This document shows, one piece after another, positions 1-11,160 of a stretch of DNA of 64,000 nucleotides. The notes under the pieces are model-generated. The model was given only the letters and a program-made list of their open reading frames with translations. It did not search any database and was not told where the DNA came from. This DNA comes from Malacoraja senta (taxonomy: Eukaryota). The DNA lies in the NCBI GenBank assembly GCA_038087875.1, contig JAXLNO010000356.1, positions 1 through 64,000 of the forward strand, read 5' to 3'. The position numbers and the translations under genes are program-made. Each line of letters begins with the position of its first letter. Position 1 is the stretch's first letter.

Positions 1-2936
1 ATGTAGGGGAGAAAGAAGAAAAAGATAATAAACAGAGAATAAGTGGTGGTGGGTTTCTTAAATGTGTATATTTTAATGCTAGGAGCATTGTAAGAAAGGT
101 GGATGAGCTTAGAGCCTGGATTGACACCTGGAAGTATGATGTTGTGGCGATCAGTGAAACATGGTTGCAGGAGGGCTGTGATTGGCAAATAAATATTCCA
201 GGATTTCGTTGCTTCAGGGGTGATAGAATTGGAGGGGCAAGAGGTGGGGGTGTTGCATTGCTTGTCAAGGATATATTAGAGGGCTCGTCTAGGGAGGCTA
301 TTTGGGTGGAACTGAGAAATGGGAAAGGTGTAGCAACACTTATAGGGGTGTATTATAGACCGCCAAATGGGGAGCGAGAATTGGAAGAGCAAATATGTAA
401 GGAGATAGCAGATATTAGTAGTAAGCACAAGGTAGTGATTGTGGGAGATTTCAATTTTCCACACATAGACTGGGAAACACATTCTGTAAAAGGGCTGGAT
501 GGTTTGGAGTTTGTAAAATGTGTGCAAGATAGTTTTTTGCAGCAATACATAGAGGTACCTACTAGAGAAGGGGCAGTGCTGGACCTCCTGTTAGGAAATG
601 AGACAGGGCAGGTGGCGGAGGTATGCGTCGGGGAGCACTTCGGGTCCAGTGATCACAATACCATTAGTTTCAATATAATTATGGAGAGGGTCAGAACTGG
701 ACCTAGGGTTGAGATTTTTGTTTGGAGAAAGGCTAACTTTGAGGAGATGCGAAAGGATTTAAAAGGAGTGAATTGGGACATGTTGTTTTATGGGAAGGAT
801 GTAGAAGAAAAATGGAGGACATTTAAGGGTGAAATTTTAAGAGTACAGAATCTTTATGTCCCTGTTCGGTTGAAAGGAAATAGTAAAAAATGGAAAGAGC
901 CATGTTTTTCAAGGGAAATTGGACACTTGGTTCGGAAAAAGAGAGAGATCTACAATAATTATAGGCAGCATGGAGTAAATGAGGTGCTTGAGGGGTATAA
1001 AGAATGTAAAAAGAATATTAAGAAAGAAATTAGAAAAGCTAAAAGAAGATATGAGGTTGCTTTGGCAAGTAAGGTGAAAGTAAATCCAAAGGGTTTCTAC
1101 AGCTATATTAATAGCAAAAGGATAACAAAGAATAAAATCGGTCCATTAGAGAGTCAGAGTGGACAGCTATCTGCAGAGCCAAAAGAGATGGGGGAGATAT
1201 TCACGAAGGAGAAGGATATGGAATTATGTGAGGTAAGGGAAACGAGCAGAGTAGCAATGGAAACTGTGAGATTCAAAGAAGAGGAGGTGTGGACACTTTT
1301 GAAAAATATGAAAACGGATAAGTCTCCAGGTCCTGACAGGATATTCCCTAGGACATTGAGGGAAGTTAGTGTAGAAATAGCAGGGGCTATGACAGAAATA
1401 TTTCAAATGTCATTAGAAACGGGAATAGTGCCGGAGGATTGGCGTACTGCGCATGTTGTTCCGTTGTTTAAAAAGGGTTCGAAGAGTAAACCTAGCAATT
1501 ATAGACCTGTTAGTTTGACGTCAGTGGTGGGCAAATTAATGGAAAGGATACTTAAAGATAATATATATAAGCATCTGGATAAGCAGGGTCTGATTAGGAA
1601 CAGTCAACATGGATTTGTGCCTGGAAGGTCATGCTTGACTAATCTTCTTGAATTTTTCGAAGAGGTTACTAGGGAAATTGATGAGGGTAAAGCAGTGGAT
1701 GTTGTCTATATGGACTTCAGTAAGGCCTTTGACAAGGTTCCTCATGGAAGGTTGGTTAAGAAGATTCAATTGTTGGGTATTAATGGTGGAGTAGCAAGAT
1801 GGATTCAACAGTGGCTGAATGGGAGATGCCAGAGAGTAATGGTGGATGGCTGTTTGTCAGGTTGGAGGCCGGTGACGAGTGGGGTGCCTCAGGGGTCTGT
1901 GTTGGGTCCACTGTTGTTTGTCATGTACATCAATGATCTGGATGAAGGTGTGGAAAATTGGATTAGTAAGTATGCAGATGATACTAAGATAGGTGGTGTT
2001 GTGGATAATGAAGTAGATTTTCAAAGTCTACAGAGAGATTTAGGCCATTTGGAAGAGTGGGCTGAAAGATGGCAGATGGAGTTTAATGCTGACAAATGTG
2101 AGGTGCTACATCTCGGCAGGACAAATCAAAATAGGACGTACACGGTAAATGGTAGCGAATTGAGGAATGCAGTTGAACAGAGGGATCTAGGAATAACTGT
2201 GCATAGTTCCCTGAAGGTGGAATCTCATGTAGATAGGGTGGTAAAGAAAGCTTTTGGTGTGCTGGCCTTTATAAATCAGAGCATTGAATATAGAAGTTGG
2301 GATGTAATGTTAAAATTGTACAAGGCATTGGTGAGGCCAATTCTGGAGTATGGAGTACAATTTTGGTCGCCTAATTATAGGAAGGATGTCAACAAAATAG
2401 AGAGAGTACAGAGGAGATTTACTAGAATGTTGCCTGGGTTTCAGCAACTAAGTTACAGAGAAAGGTTGAACAAGTTAGGTCTTTATTCTTTGGAGCGCAG
2501 AAGGTTAAGAGGGGACTTGATAGAGGTCTTTAAAATTATGAGCGGGTTAGACAGAGTGGACGTGGATAAGCTTTTCCCATTGAGAGTAGGGAAGATTCAA
2601 ACAAGGGGACATGACTTGAGAATTAAGGGACAGAAGTTTAGGGGGAACATTAGGGGGAACTTCTTTACTCAGAGAGTGGTAGCTGTGTGGAATGAGCTTC
2701 CAGTGGAAGTGGTGGAGGCAGGTTCGATGTTATCCTTTAAAAATAGATTGGATGGGTATATGGACGGGAAAGGAATGGAGGGTTATGGTCTGAGTGCAGG
2801 TAGATGGGACTAGGGGGAAGTATTTATTTTTAATTAAAAAAAAAAAAAAAAAATGTTCGGCACGGACTTGAAGGGCCGAGATGGCCTGTTTCTGTGCTGT
2901 TATGGTTATATGGTTATATGGTTATATGGTTATATA
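1..2936 (+). mobile_element. CR1-clade LINE, near-complete ORF2 region with 3' UTR and (TATGGTTA)n tail; 5' part lies outside the window
   Basis: APE endonuclease motifs (YFNARS upstream of the ORF call, ISETW, GDFN, SDH), RT motifs (PQGSVLGP, YADD), CR1 C-terminus (NFFTQRVVAVWNELP) and an 8-bp microsatellite tail at about 2899-2936. Confidence 0.97.
99..2813 (+). CDS. CR1 ORF2 (APE endonuclease + reverse transcriptase), 904 aa open; the frame is also open upstream of the called GTG start
   Basis: ORF track translation and the motifs above; two apparent short in-frame deletions (LLVKD^ILEG, EMGEI^FTKE) relative to typical CR1 ORF2. Confidence 0.93.
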   Translation: MDELRAWIDTWKYDVVAISETWLQEGCDWQINIPGFRCFRGDRIGGARGGGVALLVKDILEGSSREAIWVELRNGKGVATLIGVYYRPPNGERELEEQICKEIADISSKHKVVIVGDFNFPHIDWETHSVKGLDGLEFVKCVQDSFLQQYIEVPTREGAVLDLLLGNETGQVAEVCVGEHFGSSDHNTISFNIIMERVRTGPRVEIFVWRKANFEEMRKDLKGVNWDMLFYGKDVEEKWRTFKGEILRVQNLYVPVRLKGNSKKWKEPCFSREIGHLVRKKREIYNNYRQHGVNEVLEGYKECKKNIKKEIRKAKRRYEVALASKVKVNPKGFYSYINSKRITKNKIGPLESQSGQLSAEPKEMGEIFTKEKDMELCEVRETSRVAMETVRFKEEEVWTLLKNMKTDKSPGPDRIFPRTLREVSVEIAGAMTEIFQMSLETGIVPEDWRTAHVVPLFKKGSKSKPSNYRPVSLTSVVGKLMERILKDNIYKHLDKQGLIRNSQHGFVPGRSCLTNLLEFFEEVTREIDEGKAVDVVYMDFSKAFDKVPHGRLVKKIQLLGINGGVARWIQQWLNGRCQRVMVDGCLSGWRPVTSGVPQGSVLGPLLFVMYINDLDEGVENWISKYADDTKIGGVVDNEVDFQSLQRDLGHLEEWAERWQMEFNADKCEVLHLGRTNQNRTYTVNGSELRNAVEQRDLGITVHSSLKVESHVDRVVKKAFGVLAFINQSIEYRSWDVMLKLYKALVRPILEYGVQFWSPNYRKDVNKIERVQRRFTRMLPGFQQLSYRERLNKLGLYSLERRRLRGDLIEVFKIMSGLDRVDVDKLFPLRVGKIQTRGHDLRIKGQKFRGNIRGNFFTQRVVAVWNELPVEVVEAGSMLSFKNRLDGYMDGKGMEGYGLSAGRWD

Positions 2937-3175
2937 GGGTCTCTTTCCATGCTGTATCTCTGAACTAAACCAGCAACCTGCTCCCAGAGCAGATAACCAA
3001 CGTCAGACTTTTTCACCCAACAACAAATGAAAGTATAAATGAATAGCGTGGCTCATAACATACTAACTACATGGCCACTGCTGTGGTGCATCGGTTTGTG
3101 ACCTTCCTTTCTGAAATATTTTCATACTGGCATACATTTCATTTTCTATCACCAACCTGGCCGTTCATTACCAGA

Positions 3176-3373
3176 TGTGGAGGAAAGAACTGCAGATTCT
3201 GGTTTACACCGAAGATAGACACAAAATGCTGGAGTAACTCAGCAGGACAGGCAGCATCTCTGGAGAGAAGGAATGGGTGACATTTCGGGTCTGAAGAAGG
3301 GTCTCGACCTGAAACGTCATCCATTCTTTCTCTCCAGAGATTCTGCCTGTCCCGCTGAGTTACTCCAGCATTT
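3176..3373. mobile_element. Penelope-derived inverted (palindromic) pLTR unit with minimal hammerhead core on + strand (3291-3318)
   Basis: Left arm is the reverse complement of the right arm; CTGAAGA-AGGGTCTCGACCT-GAAACGTC core. Confidence 0.85.
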
Positions 3374-3446
3374 CATCACCAGAGGTTTTCTTCAATTGCA
3401 GCAATTTGGTGCTCAATGCCACAATGTAAACAGAGAAACAATTCTA

Positions 3447-3590
3447 GAGGGTTATGGTCTGAGTGCAGGTAGATGGGACTAGGAGGAAGTATTTATTTTT
3501 AATTAAAAAAAAAAAAATTAAAAAAAATGTTTGGCACGGACTTGAAGGGCCGAGATGGCCTGTTTCCGTGCTGTTATGGTTATATTATAT
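3447..3590 (+). mobile_element. 5'-truncated copy of the same CR1 3' end
   Basis: Near-identical to 2778-2910, including the A-rich 3' UTR and TATGGTTA tail. Confidence 0.9.
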
Positions 3591-3599
3591 ATATATAAT

Positions 3600-3761
3600 C
3601 GTGTGTATTTTTTCAAATAGTCACGTAATTTGAAAATATTTAAAATATTGATTACTACTCAAATTACTCGCGAAAACTAATTGAAAAAAAACACCTGTGG
3701 GCCGGATGATTTCAGGTTACGGGCCGAATCCGGCCCGTGTGCCGTAGGTTGCCGATCCCTG
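3600..3761. mobile_element. hAT/Charlie-like transposon right arm (partial)
   Basis: Ends CGGCCCGTGTGCCGTAGGTTGCCGATCCCTG, a typical Charlie-type terminus; the left TIR was not found. Confidence 0.55.
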
Positions 3762-4051
3762 GTCTACTCTATCATGTTGTTACTTGCGAGCAAAGCACCA
3801 AGGCAAATTCTTTGTATGTATACATACTTGGCTAATAAGATGTATTCAATTCAATTCAATTATTAGTTCATGGAACCAAAATCAATTCACAAATTGCATT
3901 TATTTTTATTTCAAGAATTCAAAATATTTTTATACTTTAGGCATCTGACCTAGAATGAGTGTGGTGATAAAGGAAAAACTTAATGGGGAAAAAGTATTAT
4001 TTTGCGTGTTTAAATGTAAGCAAAACCTTAACCACAACCAGATCCGAATGC

Positions 4052-5130
4052 ACATAGAGATAGAGATAGAATCTTTATTTGCCACACGACCAGGGTTGGT
4101 GGTATTTGGGTTCGGTACATGATGGTACACTGCTTTAGTCACATTAACACTAATAACAACACAGATCATAGTAATAAAGTGCATCCATACCACATCACAA
4201 ATCACAAATCTCACCAACAATACATAGTGCAAAAAAACAGACAAAGACCATAGACAAGACACTGTATGCATCAAAAGTCCTTAGTATTGTCTGTTATTGG
4301 AGGGAATTACGTGTTCTTATTGCTGAGGGGAAGAAACTGTTTTTAAAGCTGGTGGATTTTGTAGCAAGTGACCTAAGGCGCCTCCCTGAAGGGAGAGACT
4401 GGAAAAGGTGGTTTGCTGGATGGGAGGGGTCCGAGATGATCTTTATTGCCCGTTTTGAGCTACGTTGGAAGTAAATGGTATGGATTGAGGGGAGGGGAGA
4501 GTTGATGATTCTAGAGGCCTTGGAGACAATGCGCTGTATTCTGTGTAGTGAGTGACTGTCAGTGTTTCCGTACCAGACTGTGATTGAGGAGGTGATGATG
4601 CTTTCAATGATGGATTGATAGAAGCGGACCAGGAGGTGTTTGTGGACTCTGAACTTTTTGAGCTGTCTGAGGAAGTATAGGCGTTGTTGTCCTTTCTTGA
4701 TGATGTGGTCTGCATTGATGTGCCATTTTAGATTATTGCAGATATAGGTGCCCAGAAACTTAAATGAGTTCGTGGAGGTTATGGGATGGGAGTTGACATG
4801 GACCGGGGGTTTGGGGTTTTGTTTGCGTCTGAAATCTATGATGATTTCTAAGGTTTTTGAAGTATTAAGCTGGAGGTTGTTGTCTGCGCACCATTTGACT
4901 GCGCTGTCCACTGTTTGATGGTATTGTGATTCGTTGTTGTCTGAGATGAGGCCAATTATTGTTGTGTCGTCTGCATATTTGAAAATTTTGACTGAGCTGC
5001 ATTGGGATGTGAGGTTGTTGGTGTAAAGCGAGAAGAGCTGAGGTGACAGAACGCACCCTTGAGGGGCTCCTGTGTTGAGAGTCAGAGGGCTGGAGAGTTT
5101 TTCACCCACCTTGACTCTTTGCTGTCTGTA
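4052..5130 (-). mobile_element. Rex1/Babar-type LINE, 5'-truncated; RT C-terminal ORF 4294-5109
   Basis: GAPQGCVLSP, KYADDTTIIGLI, QQRLYFLRQL, NSFFPSAIR; AATAAA and (TCTATC)n tail on the minus strand. Confidence 0.92.
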
Positions 5131-6065
5131 TCATTAATAAGCAACTCTCACATTGCTTTACAATCTGATGAAATACAACTGCAACTTTAGTTATTGACTT
5201 GGAAATAATATTTTGCAGATACAGTTTCCATAGATACTGCATTGGCAAATGCAAAATTAGAAGAACAAATTCAGATTATATGTCATAGTTCTTGTTTTAG
5301 TTACAATATGGTACAAAATCTGCCTTTGGACTCCTACATTTAGGGCTATAAAAGATGTGTAACAAATAAATGGAAGCAAGAGCCAACATTTTAAATAAAA
5401 AAACATATTTTAGGTAATGTGGAACTAAGTTATTGACTCAACAAGTTTGTGACTTTAGGTTGGAATTATTATAATTAAACCCCATGGGTTTTTTCCCTTC
5501 CCTTTAGAGTGCGTTGAAATATGTTGATTTTAAAATGTTGTGAACATTTTTGTGTATTGGGAAACCAAAAATAAAATTTGATTTATATGCTAGGAGTCTA
5601 ATATGTTCACATTCTGCAAATGAATTAAGAATAATTAAGAATAATGAATCATTGACTTAACAGGTATGACGTTGAAATTGGAGTATATTTTCTGTTTATT
5701 ATAATGTTGTCAGGAAGAATCCAATATCACAGACCCCCATGTAGGAATATTGAAGAAGAAACATAGGAAGTAGTTTTCTTTTTAAGTACAAAGGCGTATA
5801 CTTAAGGCTCAGTGCTAATATTGAAAGTACAATTCAGAGTTAGGTACAGTTTGTAAAGAAAGGTGTGCAAAAAAACAGTGTTGGCCCACAAAAACAGGAC
5901 CCATAACCTATTTCCTATTTTCCATGGGGATGAAGAATGATGGTTCTACCGCATTCTCCCTTTTAACCTGTGAAATAAAGCGTTCATAATTTGTTTCCGA
6001 TTTCAAAAGATTAGTGGGCAAAAGAAAATTCAGACTACCCAGTTTAGAGTACTATTTTTCTAAGT

Positions 6066-6195
6066 TGCGTATGGCATGCACAGCCTAAAGTTGTAGGACA
6101 ACTTGTTCTATTTAATCTTATTTCATTGTGCACGCCAGGTTGATTGCATTCGTCGAAACAGGGCGGACCACGTGAAGGTTGCAATCTCCCACCCC
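6066..6195 (-). mobile_element. 130-bp non-autonomous retroelement headed by an HDV-like ribozyme (possibly Ingi/Vingi-derived)
   Basis: 12-bp TSD with one mismatch (ATTTTTCTAAGT 6054-6065 / ATTATTCTAAGT 6196-6207); 5' ribozyme fold; 3' hairpin GGCGTGCACA/TGTGCATGCC; ends CCATACGCA. Confidence 0.8.
6142..6195 (-). ncRNA. Minimal HDV-like (CPEB3-like) self-cleaving ribozyme, 54 nt
   Basis: P1 GGGGTGG/CCGCCCT (G1.U), P2 GATTGCA/TGCAATC, P3 ACC/GGT, L3 TTCACGT, P4 reduced to T-TTCG-A, J4/2 CGAA. Confidence 0.85.
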
Positions 6196-6800
6196 ATTAT
6201 TCTAAGTAATAAAATTGGACAAATGGTCATACCACAGTATGTAATGTACTCAGGCTACTATGAATGACCAAGGATTGAAGTGATCAGACTTGGTTATTAT
6301 CTCCATCCATCTCTCCTCACCTGACTCATTTGCCATTCAAACCCACCTCACCTACATCCACTTATAATTTTCTAGTTCTTGCCCCCACTGCTTCTACTTC
6401 ACCTCACTATGCCGCCTATCTGCCCTCCACTCCATCAGTCTGAACAAGGGTTCTGATCCAAAATGTCACCTGACCATTTTCCTCCACAGATGCTGTGGGA
6501 CATGTGAGTTCCTCTTGCAGTTTTTGTTTTAAATAGCTACCTCCTGATTTCAAATCACCTAAGTTTCTTCACAATATTGCTCTTTAAAGTGTAATTTCAA
6601 ATTTATTTTCCCCATGGATCCTTAATTTAATGTTTACATCGTTCAAATTAATATTTGAAATGCAGTAGGTGTATGAAATTCAGCTTGCCTCTGGCTATAA
6701 TCATTGCTGATGTGAAACATCTGGCTGTACAAAATATTAAAAAATGACCTTTTCACTGCATTTTAAATTTCTTGTAATCATTGAACAAATTTTGCCAAAC

Positions 6801-7160
6801 TATCTATAATTCCCATATGGGAAAAAGTGTTCTTGGAAACTTTAACAACTTCAGAAAAGGGTGATTTCCACTGTATCATACAAGCATGTCTTATTTATAA
6901 AGTGTTGGATCAAAATAGTGTATCGGGTAGATATTCACCCGAGAAACAGCCTCACCTGAAAGGTAGAATCATTGAAATTGACAAACCTGCACTAAAAGGG
7001 GATATTGTTTTAAAACAAATGAATGATATGCATTGAGTATCTATAATTCCCATATAGGTAAAAGTGTTCTTGGAAACTTTAGTAACTAAACACAAAGTTC
7101 ATTTCTGCAGCATTATACCAGAACATATTCCTAATTATAAAATGTTGGATCAAAATATTA
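6801..7160. repeat. Degenerate direct duplication, period about 238 bp
   Basis: TATCTATAATTCC..AAAAGTGTTCTTGGAAACTTTA and TGTTGGATCAAAATA each occur twice with the same spacing. Confidence 0.75.
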
Positions 7161-7805
7161 CAGCACATTGATTTTCAGCAGATAACACCTAAAATGAAAC
7201 TTGGATTCAGTGAATTCGACAAATCTGTCACAAGGGGATGTTATTTAAATACAAACGGTGTTTTAAAATAAATGGTGGATGAAAGAAAGGCCCACATACT
7301 GCGAGTGTAGAGGGTAATTGAGACGAATCCTTGATGCCTGAACATTTTAACTTGCAATTTAAAATAATAAATAAGATTAAGTTAAATTCTTCATAGATGC
7401 ATACAAGTTTGTGACTGGAAGAAATTTCTGCCCAACATGTCAGTACAGGTGTAAAATAGCTACCTCGCACTTTTCAGTATTAAATACACAGCCCTGCAGG
7501 TCACAACATTTCAAGTCCAGGGACTTTTTCAAATGTAATGAGTGCATATGCACCTACCACCTTAAGAGGCATTGAGTTCCAGACCCCAACCACCCTCTGG
7601 ATAAAACCTTTTTTTTAATTGTCTCCCCTTTGATCCTTCTACCATATACTTTCAATTTTAATCTCTTGTTTTCGATCCCTCTACGAAGAAAATACTGTTC
7701 TTCATTTTCACTCTATCAAGGGCCATCATCTATATAACTAAAAGTCTCATCTTGACCACTTCCTGTCTGCGCTGTATATTGATTTTAGAAGAAACGCTAC
7801 CCATA

Positions 7806-8385
7806 GAGAGGGGGGGCCATCGAGTATGGCTGCCCTGCTTGCAGCTGTTTGTCCTTTCACCCTTTTTTTATTTTTAGTGTGTTAAAAGTTTTTGTTTTGG
7901 AGATCTAGGCCTTTTTATGTGGGGGTGGGGGGGGTGGGAAGTGGGAAACTATTTCTCAGCCCCTACCTGGTCAGAGATGTGGCTTTCCTCCGAGCCGCAT
8001 CTTCGCCCCTTCCTCGCGGCCTACCAACGGGACTGGAGCGGCGTTGCCTGCCGGGACTGGAGCGGCGTTTCCTGCCGGGACCAGCCAGAACCTCAGCTTC
8101 GGCGGCGACACAGCACTGAAGCACCATCGTGGAGCGGGCGATGCCTTACCCGGGTCGCCGTGTGGTAAGCTCCGGAGTGCTGAGACCGCCGACTCCAACA
8201 TCGCGGAGCTGTGGTTGCGGAGCGTCAACTGCGGGCGGCGATGACTTTAAACACCGCAGAGCCTGGGATCTTTCGCTGAGATCGCCAGTGTTCCTCACAG
8301 TGGGAACCATTATGGGGGGATGTTTTTATGTTTAATGTTAAATTCTTTAATGTTGTGTTTTATTTTTATTGGTGTGCTGCAAATG
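7806..8385 (+). mobile_element. GC-rich non-autonomous retroelement (same family as 41725-42548)
   Basis: Shared 5' motif (ATGGCTGCCC..TGCAGCTGT), shared GC-rich body and Rex-like AT-rich 3' part. Confidence 0.7.
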
Positions 8386-8600
8386 GCTCAGAAAAGATGG
8401 CTGCCGGAAGTGAGAGTGAACTCTGGCGTGACTAGCTGCCGCTGCTCTCCGAATTATGTATTATTGCTGTAGGTATATGTTGTTTTTTCATTTTATTTAT
8501 ATATTTGTAATTTGCTTGTTTTAACTGAAAGGTGTCCTTGAGTGTTCTGAAAGGTGCCCATAAATAAAATGCATTATTATTATTATTATTATTATTATAT
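8386..8600 (+). mobile_element. Short L2-tailed non-autonomous element
   Basis: GTGTCCTTGAGTGTTCTGAAAGGTGCCCATAAATAAAATGCATTATTATT with (TAT)n tail, an L2-type 3' end. Confidence 0.65.
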
Positions 8601-10854
8601 CACTATGATTTTTGGCCATCTTACTCACAGTCCTCCTCTGCTGAGGCAGCCCCAAGGATTTTTCTGATCGATCAAAAAAAAAGTTATGAGTGTTTAAAAA
8701 ATCTTGAGATCAGCTGATTGGTCCTCTCGCCTGTCAATCACCATGATTAAGGTGATGCCCCTTCCAGGGGGGGCAGGACTATAAAACCCCGGATGCTCTG
8801 GAAGATCGCGAGGGAGAGCCCACAACTGTGATTCTAAGCTGTGAATCAACTGAACTGTGAGTCTGCAATGTACGCGCAATAAATGATTTGTTAAGCCTTA
8901 ATGACAATGCAATGAGTTGCTTGGCAATTTGGTGGCCTGCACTCTGCTTGAAAGGCTATGAAATTGAATTTGGTAGCCTGCACTCTGCTTGAAATGCTGT
9001 GAAATTGAATGTGCAGGCATAATGGTATTTTAAAATCTGTTTAAAATGTTCAACACATGGACAGATTAAACCTGTTCTGTTTGGATGCAGTGGGGATTTT
9101 ACAGTTCACTATATTTCACCATTGTTGGAATAAAACATTAATGGTGTGCGTTTTTGGTGGATACACGTGTCGGAATTGAAAAGTTTACAAAAAATGTAGA
9201 TGCAAAGTATTTCAAAGAGTAACAATGAAAAAAAAATACCAGAGTAGTATTGACAAGCAAGGGCTGAAATTTAATGGTGTGCCGTTTTCTGAAAGGGACC
9301 TGCCACTAGTACTCAGTCACATTGTCGCATCCTTAACTCCTTCAGATGTCAATAGTGTCCTTGATCAAATGGGCTTGGTCCCAGGGCCCTATGTGGCTTT
9401 ATTGCGTCACATAATGGGCCAGAACATGACTTGCTCTTGAACTAGCTTAGAATCCACAACCACGGGTGTGCATTTGTCAAAGCTTTGTAGATTTGCCTTG
9501 AGTTTCAACAGCAAGAAGCATTCAAAAGCTATTGACAAATAATTAAAATATTTAAAGTTTTATTTTAATTTATAATTTTAAAATATCACCAAAAGCACTT
9601 AAAGTTTTTTTTTTAAATATCCTCTGCGTACACAAATAATATACTGTACACCTTATTCTTACTTTTCTTCATCATACCAAACCTTTACTGAAAGGAATGG
9701 ATTTGTGGATACCGCACAAGATCTAACCTGAAGCAAGATAACGTGCAAACACATCCGATTAAGTATTGGGGAATCTCAGCAGAATCTGTTTGGATTGCAT
9801 ACACTGAAGTTCTGAAGTTGCTGCATTGATGGGGTGGTTTCCAACACTTCACTGGAGGAGAGCTGGTGTTTTCCAACAATGTTCCAATGCTCCAATGTGT
9901 TAGGCGTGAGGTGCAAGAGCAAATGCTCTTTTACAGCTTGGGAAACCTGGAATTTCAGTCCACATCCATCAGTAACATTTTAGGTAAGTCACAACTTTAA
10001 CATATCTGTAATCAATGGAATGAATGGCAGAATACAAAGCACAGACCATACTATTTGGTGCATTTAGCATCATCAATCAGGGCTACATTTCCAGACACTT
10101 TTTCCTCTTTGTTTCCTGTGTGATTAGATTGATCGTGCTATTGATTATGGGCGTGATTCAATTTCAGCTTCTGATAATTTGTTACTTATGCATATCATGA
10201 ATGAGATGTGTTTAATATGCCTGACAACTTATGTTTTGCACAATGGATAAAATTAATTTTCAAGGTGTGGGTATCTCTCTTCGGTTGGTGAAGTGTTAAC
10301 TATTTCCTTATGCTGCTGTGATTTGAATTGACAATCTTTATTTGTATAATTTAGTGTACTGATATGGTAGACTATGTCACGTCTAACTTGTGTCCTAACT
10401 CCATAAATATATATATATACCAAAACATTATTCCCTTATCATGTATCTATACACTGTAAATGGCTCAATTGTAATCATGTATCGTCTTTTCACTGACTGG
10501 ATAGCAGGCAACAAAAACTTTTCACTGTCCCTTGGTACACGTGACAATAAACAAAATATAAATATATATATCTTCTCCGCATATTCCTGATTCCTGAATG
10601 CATTTGGTTAATAAAATCTATCAATATAATATTTAAAACTAACAGTTCTCCTTTCACATTTTTGGAGGAAGAATTCTAAATTCATACCGCCAATTGCATA
10701 CAGCAGTATTTCCCAACTCCATTTCTAAAAGAGTTGGCTTTAAATTTCCCCGCTATAGGTGGAATTTAAATTTCAACATCAATTGAAATAGGCTTTGATT
10801 TGATTTCACTGTACCCATAGCTTGAAATGTATCTTGGGTGAAGTGGATTAGCTA

Positions 10855-11160
10855 TCAGTTCAGTTCAATTTAGTTTATTGTCATGTGTACTGAGGTACAG
10901 TGAGAAGCTTTTGTTGCATGCTATCCAGTCAGAGGAAAGACAATACATGATTACAATCGAGCCATTTAGTATATTGATACACGATAAAGGAATAATGTGT
11001 AAGGCAAGGTACAGCCAGTAAATTCCGATCAAGGATAGTCCGAGGGTCAACAATGAGGTAGATAGTAGTTCAGGACTGCTCTCTAGTTGTGGTAGGATGA
11101 TTCAGTTGCCTGATAACAGCTGGGAAGAAACTGTCCCAGAATCTGGAGGTGTGCGGTTTC
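10855..11160 (-). mobile_element. Rex1-type LINE 3' end fragment; related copies at 36015-36290 (+), 44345-44612 (+), 54430-54662 (-), 10420-10550 (+)
   Basis: DSFFPAVIRQLN C-terminus followed by a conserved 3' UTR ending GACAATAAACTAAA. Confidence 0.8.

Larger units (their letters stand above)
7729..9012 (+). mobile_element. Non-autonomous Helitron-like element (5' end intact, 3' end not found), interrupted by nested insertions at about 7806-8600
   Basis: A|TCTATATAACTAAAAGTCTCATCTTG 5' end; 7757-7800 and 8601-9010 match the reverse complement of modules in 15590-16160. Confidence 0.7.

Noticed and set aside
9937..9983. Apparent + strand exon (TTTTACAG...TTTAG|GTAAGT)
   Set aside because: Lies in what reads as an ancient Penelope GIY-YIG C-terminal remnant (EQMLFYSLGNL..FR*), with no partner exons
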